The translations under genes and the position numbers were made by a program. DNA of 62,627 nucleotides, filler included, from Nemertoderma westbladi (Eukaryota; Animalia; Xenacoelomorpha), in NCBI GenBank assembly GCA_032718475.1. It is 3 parts of 3 records of this genome, joined end to end, with 100 filler letters (N's around TTAATTAATTAA, not from the genome) between each part and the next. Parts side by side here need not be neighbours in the genome. Positions count along the whole stretch, not along the records: positions 21,922 to 43,760 come from JAUCBJ010003664.1; 2 more parts are not named here. One strand, 5' to 3'. Shown piece after piece: positions 24,492-36,940 of the stretch (the stretch's first letter is position 1; the number at the start of each line of letters is the position of its first letter). Under the pieces are notes generated by a model. That model ran no database searches. It was not told where the DNA came from and was given only the letters and a program-made list of their open reading frames with translations.

Positions 24492-25753
24492 ATGGATCAA
24501 CATATTAATTTATTGAAAAAGGAATCATCTGGCGCCGATATAGTTATAAAGAGAGAACAAACAGACTGTATAATTATAAAGAAAGAACCAACAGACTCCA
24601 CCCCCTATTCTCTTGATGTTAAACAAGAAAACTGCGTTTACGGATCATCTCCCATCGAAGATCACAACAATTTGTTCGGTAGAGTAAATGTTGTCCCTGT
24701 ACTAGATGACGAAGATATTTCTTATGAACAATCTGGAGACTCTTTTATTGTTGAAAAACGGGAAAACGATAGTCCCGACTGTTCGTATGGTAGGCCTATT
24801 GAAACTGAAGGTACAGAACAGACAATGAGTTGTGCAACAACAGCGTCCGGTATTTCTAATGAAACTGTTGTGGAGTTGGTATCTTCTTCAGATACCAGTT
24901 CCTGTTTGCATTGCAATGAATTATTGAATAACAAAGGGAATTTAGAGAGACATATAGAATCCGTTTATAAAGACGTAGAGAATAAGTATAAATGCGATTA
25001 TTGTGAGAAACTGTTTAAATGGAATAGTGCTTTAAAGAGGCATGTTGGTTCTATCCATAAAGGTATAAAATATAATTCCAGTTATTGTCATAAAGAATTC
25101 AGCCTGCAAAGGAGTCTAAACACCCGCATTAACTTTGCCCACAAAGGTATAATCAAGTACAGTTGCTCCGATTGTGGAAAATCATTTGCTAGAAAAGGCG
25201 AACTAAAACGACATGTTGACTCAATACATAAAGATATCAAATATAGGTGCGTGCGGTTATTGTCCTAAAGAATTCAGCCAACAAAGGAATCTAAACACCC
25301 ATGTGAACTACTTTCATAAAGATATCAAGTACAACTGTTTTGATTGTGGAAAATCATTTAGTAAAACTACATGTCGACTCTATACATAAAGATATCAAAC
25401 ACAAGTGTGATTATTGTAATAAAGAATTCAGTTACAAACACGACATAAAACTACATGTCGACTCTATACATAAGGATATCAAACATAAGTGCGATTATTG
25501 TAATAAAGAATTTAGCCTGCAAAAGAATCTAAACACCCATGTGAACTACTTTCATAAAGATATCAAGTACAACTGTTTCGATTGTGTAAAATCATTTGCT
25601 AGAAAAGCCACACTAAAACAACATATCGACTCTATACATAAAGATATCAAATATAAGTGCGATTATTGTCATAAAGAATTCAGTCGGCAAGCCTACCTAA
25701 ACACCCATGTCAATTCTGTTCATAAATCTTGTCTCTTCTCAAGTTACCGGTAA
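24492..25753 (+). pseudogene. C2H2 zinc-finger array gene, about 10 fingers, with two frameshifts
   Basis: ATG at 24492 after an AG acceptor-like site (24482-24483). 28-aa fingers CxxC...HxxxxH with HKDIKY linkers. A 4-nt GTGC duplication at 25251 and a ~14-nt deletion near 25360 do not restore the frame. Confidence 0.8.
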
Positions 25754-26785
25754 CAAAATAACAATAACACAATTCTGTTCATAAGTCTTAAAGTTGCCCG
25801 TAACAAAATTGTCGTATTATACTGAACTATATTTTTGTTTCTGGTCATTATTGGAAATATGTTTCTTTTAGAATGAATTAAATATAAAATAAATAGGTGA
25901 TTGTTAATTTTTAATTGACTACAGTCATTACTAGGTTTATTTCACCGACATCCCCTAGAACAGAGACATAACTTTTCAATAATTTTAGTGGTTCAAGCTG
26001 TGTGTTTGTCTGTATGTATGTTTGTTTGTGCACATTGATATTGGCTTGGAAGGGTAAGAAGTGCTCTACTTCATGGCCAACTATACAAAGAAATGTATCG
26101 ATTATTTGGGTTCTTATTTCAGTTATTAATTATTTAGCGGGTAAAATTAAGCTCATGTTGAATAAAAATAGCGCAGGTCGATTCGCCGTGTCCCATTCTC
26201 ACAAAGTTTTTGTTATATTCGAGTGTTTATATAAAGATGTATGATTATTTATTGATTGAAAATAAAATAGTGTATAAATATGTAATATTCCCTCACGCAG
26301 CCTGAACTTTGCCTATGGTAGCGAATAGGGAAGGATTTTCTCTGTATCATAGCAAAGTTGTATAATTATTTAACTCCGGTTAGCTGGGAAGACAGGTAGC
26401 AAGCTGGCCGGAGTGTTGAATGTGTCTCAGTAAATCCAATGGTTGGGGTGGGTTGTCTATTGAGAACTCCGAACTGGTCATGGCATTAATGCTGCTTTCT
26501 CCAATGCTGCATGGAGGGTGGGAGGGGTTTACATATTGATTGCGATTGATATTTGATTGGGGATTAGATTATCATTTAGTTTTTCGGTTTTGTTGTCTTA
26601 TAGACAGTCTTCTTATAGCCAGCTTGCTGGCTTTCTAGTTACTAGCTAGTACTTTTTGAAATTTTTAAAATATGGTTTTTTATATTTGTTATTGGTAAGA
26701 GTTCTAGAACATTTGTAGGCCGCTGGATATATTTTTTTATTGTACAGTAGCCAGTGTTTTTTTACTAGCTTGTATTTTTTGAAAG

Positions 26786-26867
26786 TCTGGGACGAAAATA
26801 CCGGAACGAAAAGTCCAGGACGAAAAGTCCGGGGAAGAAAAGTCCCGGAACGAAACGTCTTAGATCC
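26786..26867. repeat. ~15-bp GGACGAAAAGTCC repeat tract of transposon subterminal type; related tract at 48915-49021
   Basis: GGACGAAAATACC GGAACGAAAAGTCCA GGACGAAAAGTCC... Confidence 0.6.
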
Positions 26868-27231
26868 ACGGAAATGTATTTGATCACATTCGTTCCCAAA
26901 GCCACCTATCCGTTACCGGTTGAGGGTAGGCCTACAGACCTGTACCACTGGCCGTGACCGGTACAGTGTCGCAGTCGCTGTCATCGATTAACAGTAGTCT
27001 GTCGCAACATAACACCAAATAACAATCTGTCGCAACTTAATCCTCAGTGTGTTGACTTGGGTCGGTTTAGCAAACTAATAATGATTTTAAAATGCTTATA
27101 GCCGCTGGCAGGTTATTTTGGAATTTTAGAAGCGATCAGATAAACATCCTTGCCGTTCTTCCCGGATTCCGTAATACCTGAATACTGTGTTAACAACTGT
27201 ATTAGTTCGGTGGGCTTACTGCAGAGTGGTG

Positions 27232-27863
27232 CACGTTCGTGGGGCATTCGCGCAGCACGAGAGCCTATATTAGAAAGTACATTATACTAATCTCTATTAG
27301 ATATAAGAAAACAGTCATTCACAAAATTTATATGAGTGAAGGCATGCTATCAGTTTGTGATAATCTAGTTGTAAAAATAGAGATCCATTTCAGTTTGCCC
27401 TTACACACTTTAACTGTCATTTGTAAACCTTCTAACTAGAGCTATTTAAGTTAAGTATGACATTTTTAGTTTTACAATACTCTTCTCCTTCATTAGCCGC
27501 GTTGCGCTCGTTCTGTTTTGTCTTAAAATAATTTTCCTAAAAGGAGAATAACGACCTTTATAACTATGCAAAGTGTCGAAACTGTAAGAGTAACCGCTGA
27601 TTTATGGCAGATGGATACTCGTATCCACTGTAAACTCGTTGCGTTCGTTCGTTTTTTTTTTACCAAAAAATTATTTATATTCTCTTTCTTTCTAAGATTC
27701 TTTCTAAACATTCGCCGGACTACATACGTACCAAGTTTCGTTTAAATTCATCAAGGAATGACTGAGTTATTAGTGATCAAAAATTTACGACGTCAACGAT
27801 GACAGACAACTCGTTAATGGTACACATATGCTAAGGCTTCGCTCACTTCGTGGCTCGCCCCAC
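27232..27863 (+). mobile_element. HINE-like family copy
   Basis: Starts CACGTTCGTGGGGC and ends CGTGGCTCGCCCCACA, the same termini as the other copies. Confidence 0.65.
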
Positions 27864-28025
27864 AGAATGACGTAATTTCCTTAGTTGCGTCTATCTGCTG
27901 ATATTATTTAGATCTTTTAGAATTTAAGGAATCCTATTTAGATAATCGGACATTTTTTTGAAGCCTTTCTTTGACTGTTGGTAGACTAGGTCTTTTTGAC
28001 TATACAATACTGTAGTATCAAACGT

Positions 28026-28266
28026 AAGTGCGGTTATTGTCATAAAGAATTCAGTCAGCAAGCTACCTACCATGTGAACTGCTTTCATAAAGATATCAAA
28101 TACAACTGTTTTCATTGTTGAAAATCATTTGCTAGAAAAGACTGTCTAAAACAACATGTCGACTCTATACATAAAGATATCAAATATAAGTGTGAATATT
28201 GCAATAAAGAATTCTGGTACAAACACGACATAAAAAAACATGTCGACTCTATACATAAGGATATAA
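28026..28266 (+). pseudogene. Zinc-finger fragment of about 3 decayed fingers, paralogous to 25250-25700
   Basis: TGCGGTTATTGTCATAAAGAATTCAG...CATGTCGACTCTATACATAAAGATATCAAATATAAGTG, with deletions. Confidence 0.85.
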
Positions 28267-28321
28267 AAGGCTTCCTGGAAAACACGCAACGGCGCAACAG
28301 CACAACAGCCCTATAACCAAT

Positions 28322-28941
28322 GAACAACACGTTCGTGGGGACTTCGCGCAGCACGTAGTCGGCAAGCCTTGGCATACGGTTCATATAGAGCAAATGGGGC
28401 ATGTCTAGTTTGGACCCAATATCCCATGCTATAAATGTATTCATTCGATATACAATCATATGTTAATCCGCTAGGTGGTGTCAAATTGTTATTCTGCAAT
28501 TTCGTACTTACCAGTGCAGCACTGTACAGCAGTACCGTACCGGTAGGCCTATGTCATTACTTCTGAGTCTCTAGCGGATCCCCAATTAAATGTCTTAACT
28601 TTTCAATTTCGTAAAAGATAGACTTCATGATTCTCTACAGGCCACCAAAATTTCAGCTCAGGAAAATGAGGCCTTCTCGAGAAATTTAACATTTTCTAAA
28701 AACCACATAATCTGTCGTAGCTGACGTCAGACTGCATGATTTTTCACCAAACTTTACAAACTTTCTAAACTTTCTCTCTACTACTTACCTACTAAGTTTG
28801 GTTCAATTCCGAATGAGCGATGCCGAGAAATTCGCGTTCAAACATTTACCAGACGGACGGACAGACAGACAGACGGACATGCCCCATTTGCCCTATATGA
28901 ACCGTATGCCAAGGCTCGCCGACTACGTGTCTCGCCCCACA
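28322..28941 (+). mobile_element. HINE-like element with ~55-bp subterminal inverted repeats and (GACA)n
   Basis: 28352-28406 is inverted relative to 28876-28930. Microsatellite at 28850-28878; family termini present. Confidence 0.7.
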
Positions 28942-30490
28942 TTGGCCCAACAGCGCAACAACCTAAGATTGGTTTATACATTCCACTCTAATTCCATTGG
29001 CTTGTACATTCTGTTGCGTTCTATGGCATTCCATTTCTGTAGCGCCGATATGGCGCAACAAGCAGAGAACAGGAGAAGTTAGGCCTACAAATACATGAAA
29101 ATACTGGTTATTGATCAGCTGTGCTGTAGTGTTGGCAACGCACAGGCAGACTCTTTGATATATTGTACAGATAGATGAGAGTACAGAGATGGGAGACCTC
29201 TCCACTTCTGCACTGTCTGATAGTCCTGTAGTCTAGTCAGATAATGCAGTACCCTGATAACAATTGCATGTTATTTTAACGTTTATATCACATTTTTATT
29301 GAACATGGCAAACGTTTGAAAAAACGTTTGCGACACGTCCAGAAATAGGTAATTTTCATGTTATTTTGTCCAAGCGGGTGGCATGTAATAAACGTTTAGA
29401 AGTAAACGTGTAAATAGCATGAAACAAACGTTACCCAATCGCCGGTTCTTTATGACGCTTGAATTAAACGTGTGTCTAGCATGTGTAACTAACGTGAATC
29501 ATGCGTCGGTTCTTTCGAAATTGCTTGGAAATATACGTTTTTTTAATGCAAAGAAAACGTTTGTTTTAAACGTTGTAAATCGTTATTCTCTAAACTAATT
29601 TGGTCATCCATTGATTCGACCACCGGATTGTTCTCATGGTATGCAATTGTTCGAATTAAGAAGATAATTTATGTGTAAAACATGAATATTATTAAGCACA
29701 AGGTAGTAGTAGCCAGTACAGCACAACTTAACCACCTAAAAACTAGTGTTATTGTTCACAATAACAACAACACCTATTAAAAAAATGAACTGCATTGCAC
29801 AAACTTTAAGTAAAATTGTACTGTATATACAAAAATGAAACAAAATTCCATTTGAACTGTAATAATATAGACCAACCGCAGCCTTCTTTAACGCTATTTG
29901 GCTTGGGGGGGGTGGGGCTTGGCGGTTAAATTTTTTTGAAATTGATCTGTATCTTGGAAACAGATATGTTGTGAAAACCGTGATTCCGTGACTTTTCCTA
30001 AAATTTTATGGGCTATCCATCAGAGCACAAAGGAAATTATTATCCAATATTGAAATATAATAAATAGTTTCAAAAATTTCCCTGTTTACTTCAATGTTCC
30101 AAAATGGGAGACAAGGCGGGGAAACTGGACGCAAATCTCATCTTGGCGAATTAATATCCCGCCTCAATGTTAAATTCTCAATTTAGGGAAAGGAGCAGGT
30201 TACAGTGGCACATTATTTTAACCAAAACAATTAACTAAACACAATAGTAGAGTTTACAGTTTTATTTTTGAGAGAAATCATCTGTTATTTGCGTCGAATT
30301 TCCCCTGGAGAGGGATGAATTTTTATCGCGTCGAAAGCCCCCCCCCCCCCCCCCCCCCCCACCCCGGGGCAATACATTGTAAAATAGACAACAATTAACA
30401 TTTACGATAAAACAAATTACAATTAAAACAACAATGTTGGGACGTCACGGGGAGTTTTCAGTAACATTGATCATTCAGTTTCAGCCGCAT

Positions 30491-30700
30491 CGATATCACT
30501 GAATCCGGAGTCCGTTCCGCCAAGGATCCGTCGATATCACTGAATCCGGAGTCCGTTCCGCCAAGGATCCGTCGATATCACTGAATCCGGAGTCCGTTCC
30601 GCCAAGGATCCGTCGATATCACTGAATCCGGAGTCCGTTCCGCCAAGGATCCGTCGATATCACTGAATCCGGAGTCCGTTCCGCCAAGGATCCGTCGATA
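30491..30700. repeat. Five identical copies of a 41-bp unit
   Basis: GATATCACTGAATCCGGAGTCCGTTCCGCCAAGGATCCGTC at 30492, 30533, 30574, 30615 and 30656. Confidence 0.95.
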
Positions 30701-30925
30701 GCAAAGTGGAATAACTTTCCCGTTTCTTGGATCTGGAAAATTAATTTATTTAAGTGTTAAAAAAATATAAGGCTCGGACTAGGACTATATTAGACTAAGA
30801 CTTCATCATCTACACTAAATATCTGTTAAAGAAATGTTATTTCATTAATATCTTCGTTGGCTATTCGTGTCATTCATTACCGGTATCTACTGGATGTAAA
30901 CGTAAATAAAAATAAATGGGAAATT

Positions 30926-31845
30926 GTTGAGTGGCTGTCGCTGTGCTGTGACTTAGCGTTGAGTGGCTGTGACGTAGCGTTGGGTGGCCAGCGTTGGGTG
31001 GCCAGCATTGGGTGACTGTGACATAGCGTTGGGTGGCTGTGGCATAGCATTGAGTGGCTGTGACATAGCGTTGAGTGACTGTGACATATCGTTGAGTGGC
31101 TGTGACATAGCTTTGAGTGGCTGTGACAAAGCATTGAGCGGCTGTGACATATCATTGAGCGGCTGTGACATAGCATTGGGTGGCTAGCGTTGATGGCTGT
31201 GACATAGCGTTGGGTGAAACTGTGGCATAGCGTTGAGCGGCTGTGACATCGCGTTGAGCGGCTGTGACATAGCGTTGAGTGGCTGTGACATAGCGTTGGG
31301 TGCGTTGTGGCTGTGACATAGCGTTGAGTGGCTGTGTAGTGGTTGTGACATTGCGTTGAGTGGCTGTGATGTGACAAAGCGTTGAGTGGCTGTGACATAG
31401 CGTTGGGTGGCTGTGACAATACGTTGAGTGGCTGTGACATTGCGTTGAGTGGCTGTGCACATAGCTTTGAGTGGCTGTGACATAGCGTTGGGTGGCTGTG
31501 GCATAGCATTGCGTGGTTGTGACATAGCGTTGAGTGGCTGTGACATGGCATTGAGCGCCTGTGAGATAGCGTTGAGTGGCTGTGACATGGCATTGAGCGC
31601 CTGTGAGATAGCGTTGAGTGGCTGTGGCTGTGACATAGCGTTGGGTGGCTGTGGCATAGCGTTAGTGGTTGTGACATAGCATTGAGCGGCTGTGACATAG
31701 CATTGAGCGGCTGTGACATAGCATTGAGTGGTTGTAACATTGCTTTGAGTGGCTGTGACTGTTAGCATTGAGTGGCTGTGACATAGCGTTGAGTGGCTGT
31801 GACATAGCATTGAGTGGTTGTAACATAGCTTTAAGTGGCTGTGAC
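30926..31845. repeat. 21-bp minisatellite, about 40 copies with indels
   Basis: Unit GTGGCTGTGACATAGCGTTGA. Confidence 0.95.
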
Positions 31846-33814
31846 TTCTGTCTCGCCCAACTTCTGTCTCTGCTTCCAAAAGTATAAAAAAGCGTCTCGA
31901 TATATAAAATATCGAGACTGGAAAAATATTTCGAGAAAATATCGCCATGGGATATATAGTGGTAGCTTAGTGAAAGGGTTTGGTTAGGTAAAAAAAATAT
32001 TATATAAAAATTAGGATAGGGTTAGGTTGTAGATAGAGGGAGAGGCGGTATCACAACTCACCTCTGAGTATCAATGATCAAAGTATTGTTAGTTGTCTGG
32101 GTAATCAGTGTGAGTATCGTATTGGAAACACGATTGGATTCATTGTCGCTCATATATCGTCCACCTAAAAGGATAATAATATATACATATATATAGCATT
32201 GCAGCAATTAGATCAACGTGTACAAGTCACCACAACCCATCACAGACTGTTTCACATTGACACTGCACTGGTTTATAAAGAGGAAATGAGTAAAGAAAAA
32301 AGCAAACATTTACTACCTACCATAGCCAGAGTAAGGCATGTTTTATTTTAAATTACAGTTTAAGCATACTGGCATATGCACGATCTGACGACGCCCAAAG
32401 TACCAAGTGGGCCTAACCCTAACCTAACAACAAGGCCTAGTAGTAAGTAAAATAATAACCTCATCGCCAGTATCTGATGCGTATCTTCAGATCTTTACCT
32501 GGCACCTGGGACCGCATGTGTGTAATTTACTTCCGGCCGCCGGCGCTTTTTCCCTCTATTTCAGTATTTGATCCAAATAGATTACAGGATTAGGATTTTC
32601 ATCACTTGAATCACTGAAATAACGATGTGTAAGAAGCATAGGCCTATTCAAGTTCAATACAAACCTGTTAAGTGAAGAACCTTCGCATTAAATGTGGGCC
32701 AACTTGACATTTGACAGAAGATCTGGATTCGAAAATTCTTTCCAACGTACCGGTAGTAGGCCGGCATTTCGAGGAGGCCATAATATTTTTCCAGTCAGCC
32801 AGTGCAGCCCTTGCCGCTCTGCCGCTTGCCTGTTGTTTCGACCAACCAGCGCCAGGAAGACAGAGCCCAATCTAAACTCGTTGTCATCGAATTACTGGCA
32901 CTGCGCTGCCTGACTGCATTAAATACAGACATACAGATACAGACATATATTACTGTATTACAATACAATTAGGTAGGCTGCTAGGCCTATATAATGTACA
33001 GATATATGACAGTCAGACAGTATGAAGCTTAATTAAAAATAACTTTAAACAGTTAATATAGGCATACGGCAGTAAACAAACATATCTGCATATGGCAGTA
33101 CAGCAGTCAGGCAGTATGGTGGTATGGTCAACCCTATTGCAGCACTAAAACCAGTAAACAGCTGGCCTACACTGCAGCACTGTCAAGCTCTCAGAATGTG
33201 GCTGAGTTGGTGCTGGCAGTGGAGTGTCTACTGAGTGACTGATGTACTGCAGTACTGCATGCACTGCTGCATGATTTATAGGCCTATAAACGAATTTGGC
33301 GGTAAATTTTAGGCGGTTTATTCAAACAGCCTTAAGACAGATTGGCAATGATGTGCAGGACGTTTGTTCAACACGACAAAGTAGCATTTAACAAACAGCT
33401 GGAATAAACATGTATGATTTATGTTACACAATAACGTGTAAAACAAATGTTAAATAATTACATGATAAAACATGTTACATTTAGGTATCATAAAAACGTG
33501 ATCAACAAATGTTTGATTATAACATGATTGGATATTATGTTATTTAGATGTTAAAATAACATGTTGATTAAAACAAGTTTAGAAAAAAATACATGTCAAC
33601 ATGATTCAAGCATATAAACAAACGTTTGGTATAATAGCGTGTAGCGTGTCTGGTTAGCAGGGTAGTGGCATGCTGACTGATGCAGTAATGACTGATTTCG
33701 TGATACCACAAAGATGAGAAGCATTATGAACTAAAAAACAAAATTGCATAATTAAATTACTGACTAGGAAAATAAATCCATTCTAAAATATGTTTTTTTA
33801 TTGTAAATTTTCAG

Positions 33815-33916
33815 ATTATAGCTCGATATAGGTGGTTATAGCTTGTTATAAGGAAGTTATAGCCCGTTATAGATCGTTATAGCCCGTTATAGATCGTTCT
33901 ACCTTTTAGTACGTAC
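33815..33916. repeat. 10/20-bp GTTATAG repeat tract ending TTTTAGTAC; a structurally similar tract lies reversed at 57366-57480
   Basis: GTTATAGCCCGTTATAGATC repeats here; ACTAAAA followed by GAAACCAC repeats at the second site. Confidence 0.55.
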
Positions 33917-34309
33917 CTGTCTGCATACAGCAGTACAGTGTATGTACAGCCGTGTGCAGTAGTGCAGTGTGTGTGTCATGTCAAGTACTAGTTGCCGATA
34001 ACATACCGGACCAAGGTATTTCCAGAACATTACAATCGAACCTTAATCAGTCATCAATTGAAGTTGACGAACAAGTAGAAATCATTTGCGCCAAGGAATC
34101 AAAGGCAAAGAAGTGTGACAGCTGTAAGGGGGATTTCAATCCCAGAAATCAGTTAGTTCTGAAAACACGGGGTATACGGTACTTTGTCGCAATAATTTTT
34201 TCTGTCGTAATAAATCCGGTTACACTGTTATTTTTGGGAGTAATCAGGCGTTATTTGCGTCGACTTGGCCGCTTGGAGACATAGGAGTTTTGATTGCGTC
34301 GAAAGTCCA

Positions 34310-34692
34310 CGCCCCCGACGCAGCATACCATATGCTTTACAAGATAAGTGAAAACTATATTGGACGAGATGGTAGACAAATAAATTATTCAACCAGTGAG
34401 CCACCCACTAGTTGTGGTTCCAAAACCAGGGGGGGAGATAAGAATTTGTATCGATCTTACAAAATTAAACACCCAAGTTGAGCGCACTTCATACCCAACT
34501 AAAACACCAGCAGAAGCAGTAGGTGGTTTTAAACAAACCGATTGTTATTTTGCTAAACACGATTTCGTCAGCGGAAATTGGCAAATGCCACTACATGTTG
34601 ATTCTCAAACTTTGACAACTTTCATTACTCCCTATGGTAAATTTAAATTTTTACTTTCACCAATGGGGTTTGTGTCGACTGGCGACGTGTTC
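34310..34692 (+). mobile_element. Ty3/Gypsy RT relic, a different family from 1-4046
   Basis: SIPYALQDK..ILDEMVDK*IIQPVSHPLVVVPKPGGEIRICIDLTKLN..WQMPL..LTTFITPYGKFKF..PMG; cut off by the repeat at 34688. Confidence 0.88.
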
Positions 34693-35739
34693 GCGCTTTC
34701 AGACCTTTGGCAGTTCAACCCGCCAAATTAGGATGTCTTCTATATAATAAATCACTTTTAGCCTCTGACAAGTATTTGATTCACTACACTAGTCGAAACC
34801 AATCTGTGCGCGATCATTCACCCGCTGGATATACCCGGGAGATTGGGTTCGACGGCTTAATCGTATTGCTATGTAAGCCTACTGTATTATTCGACTGACA
34901 GTATTATACAATCTCTGACAATATCATTCACCTTCGGGGAATATTAACAGTTCCTTTAGGACGTGGCGCTCTATCTATATAAACAGAGTTATGACTTAAA
35001 CTACTCACAACGATATGGCTTAGTTATAATTCACATATATGGCGCATTCTTTAGGAAATGCTTCGTTATCAGTCTCACTCATACACAATGCTGCACAATA
35101 CTGCACAATAATCTGCCGATCTCCACTGATTTTAGTCACATATAAAAGGAACACAGACCGACTCATGTAGGGTCTATCAAATAACATTAGATTCACTTCA
35201 AACCACTTTAACATAAGTCACAATCGTTATATGTAACCCTTCTCTCTTACCTTCGGTATATCAAGAATATTGGGTTTTCGGGGTTATTTATCGTTATTCC
35301 AAATATAATAATTCATCAACCATATTATGAAGAACTGACAGTAAATAGCAGTATAACAATATAAAGTATGCACAGTGTTACACAGTTGCAGTGTATGCAG
35401 TACTGCAGTATGCAGTACTGCGGTATGCAGATAACGGATATATGTCCTTATAATTAAGCCTACTAGTGTAAGGCTAAAGCAGAAAAGCACAAAAATACTC
35501 CAAAGCCGTTCTTCCTGGCTTAGAATAACCAACACTGAATACTGATAAGAATAACTATAAGAATACCAGCTACCCTTATTCTACAAAGATCTCACCCACC
35601 ACAGAGAATGAGCATACAGATAGGAAATTCAGTTCAGTAGATCTGTGATAGGTCAAAATCAAAACCAACTCAAATCCTATTGGCAGATACAGAAAGCAGG
35701 GCTATTTGAATTTGAATTTTTGAAAGTTGAATTTATTAG

Positions 35740-36693
35740 TTCGACTAGGCAAGGGTCTTCCACAGAACAGTTATGGACTCCAGGGGCTTCCGCTAAAGAT
35801 TTGCAGTTTGCATTTCGACGGGCGATATATTCATAGCAACTTTATCCAAAGATGCTGTTCCCACGATTCACCCGGATTCTGTTCCAACTTCGCTGCGCAA
35901 AACGCCCCAAACTCCTAGAAAACCGCCATTAAAACGAATATACCGTCCGGATGAAATTCAAGACTTCTCAAAAAAGACTAAAATTACGTAGTTCTTTAGC
36001 TGATGTAGAGGATTATGTAGAAGATAATTATATTTTTATTTATATTAGATTTAAGATAATATCATTCGTGTTAAATCTATGCTAAAGGAGAATATTTGTT
36101 TAGATGACGTTATTGTAGATCGATCTCAGGATTTCGATTTCACTGATCTCTTAGAGAATATAGATAGTATGGAACTTGTTTATGATGTTGATGAGGCGAC
36201 AACCGAGGCTACTGTTTGTGTAGCTGGCTACATAGCACACAAGTTACTAAAGAAATATCAATGTGACGACTGCAAGTTCAAACTCACGTTACATAAAGAC
36301 TCAGTTAAAATAACACCGTTTTTTAAACTTTTAGATCAGGGTGGGCTAATATTCCGTACAGAAAGTCTTCGTGAACTAGTAAAACATGCCTTTGTAATTT
36401 TGGATCGAGCTGAGACCGTAATTCTAGAACAAGAATTACCGTACAGAAAGGTTGCGCAAGTGGTTTTGAATCATGTTTGCGAACACAGCCCATTTATGGG
36501 CATCGGTCGTGATAAACATATACAGAACACTATTAAAGTTGTCTTTACCACGGTCTGCAATGTCTTTGGAAAAAATGTTGCAAAGGAACGCTCCCAGTGC
36601 TCTAGGAAGGATACAATTAAAGAATTTAAAACTCGTCAACTTAAAAAAAATGAATTATTCAGTCTCTTTCTATTTGTAACTATTTGTAACTAA
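35740..36693 (+). mobile_element. Internally deleted THAP/P-element-like transposase relic
   Basis: Frameshifted THAP motifs WTPG..KICSLHF..LSKDAVPTI (35770-35870). The 36079-36693 ORF has the P/THAP9-type C-terminal pattern VAGYIAHKL..CDDC..DQGGL. The DDE core is absent. Confidence 0.72.
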
Positions 36694-36940
36694 GTGAATA
36701 ATGTGAATAGTAATGTGTAAATAGTGAATAGCAACAAAATTTCATTACTTAGAACATAATAAACGCCATTTTTGGAAATGAGTTTGCAATGAAATCGCTT
36801 GTAATGGATGGAACTTGTCATTTTCATACCATTTTTGACAATTGCAAAATCTTATAAACCTTGCCAATGAGATCAGCACATTCTAAAACCTCAGTAGCCA
36901 AACTGTGTGGCCAATTTACCGCCCATGTGAAGAATACCAT

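Larger units (their letters stand above)
29252..33662. mobile_element. Non-autonomous EnSpm/CACTA-like (CCCWG-type) DNA transposon, 4.4 kb
   Basis: Ends are TA|CCCTGATAAC and GTTAGCAGGG|TA. Dense AACGTT/AACATG subterminal repeats at 29270-29585 and 33360-33630. Confidence 0.65.

Noticed and set aside
30491-30700. CRISPR-like array
   Set aside because: The units are contiguous with no unique spacers, there are no cas genes, and the context is eukaryotic.
30877-31948. His/Cys-rich (HSHSTLC) and QPLNAMS repeat ORFs
   Set aside because: These are translations of a 21-bp minisatellite; frequent indels switch the peptide between frames.
33990-34180. CxxC-containing peptide (AKKCDSCKGDF..LVLK)
   Set aside because: Too short and truncated to assign; possibly a transposon protein remnant.
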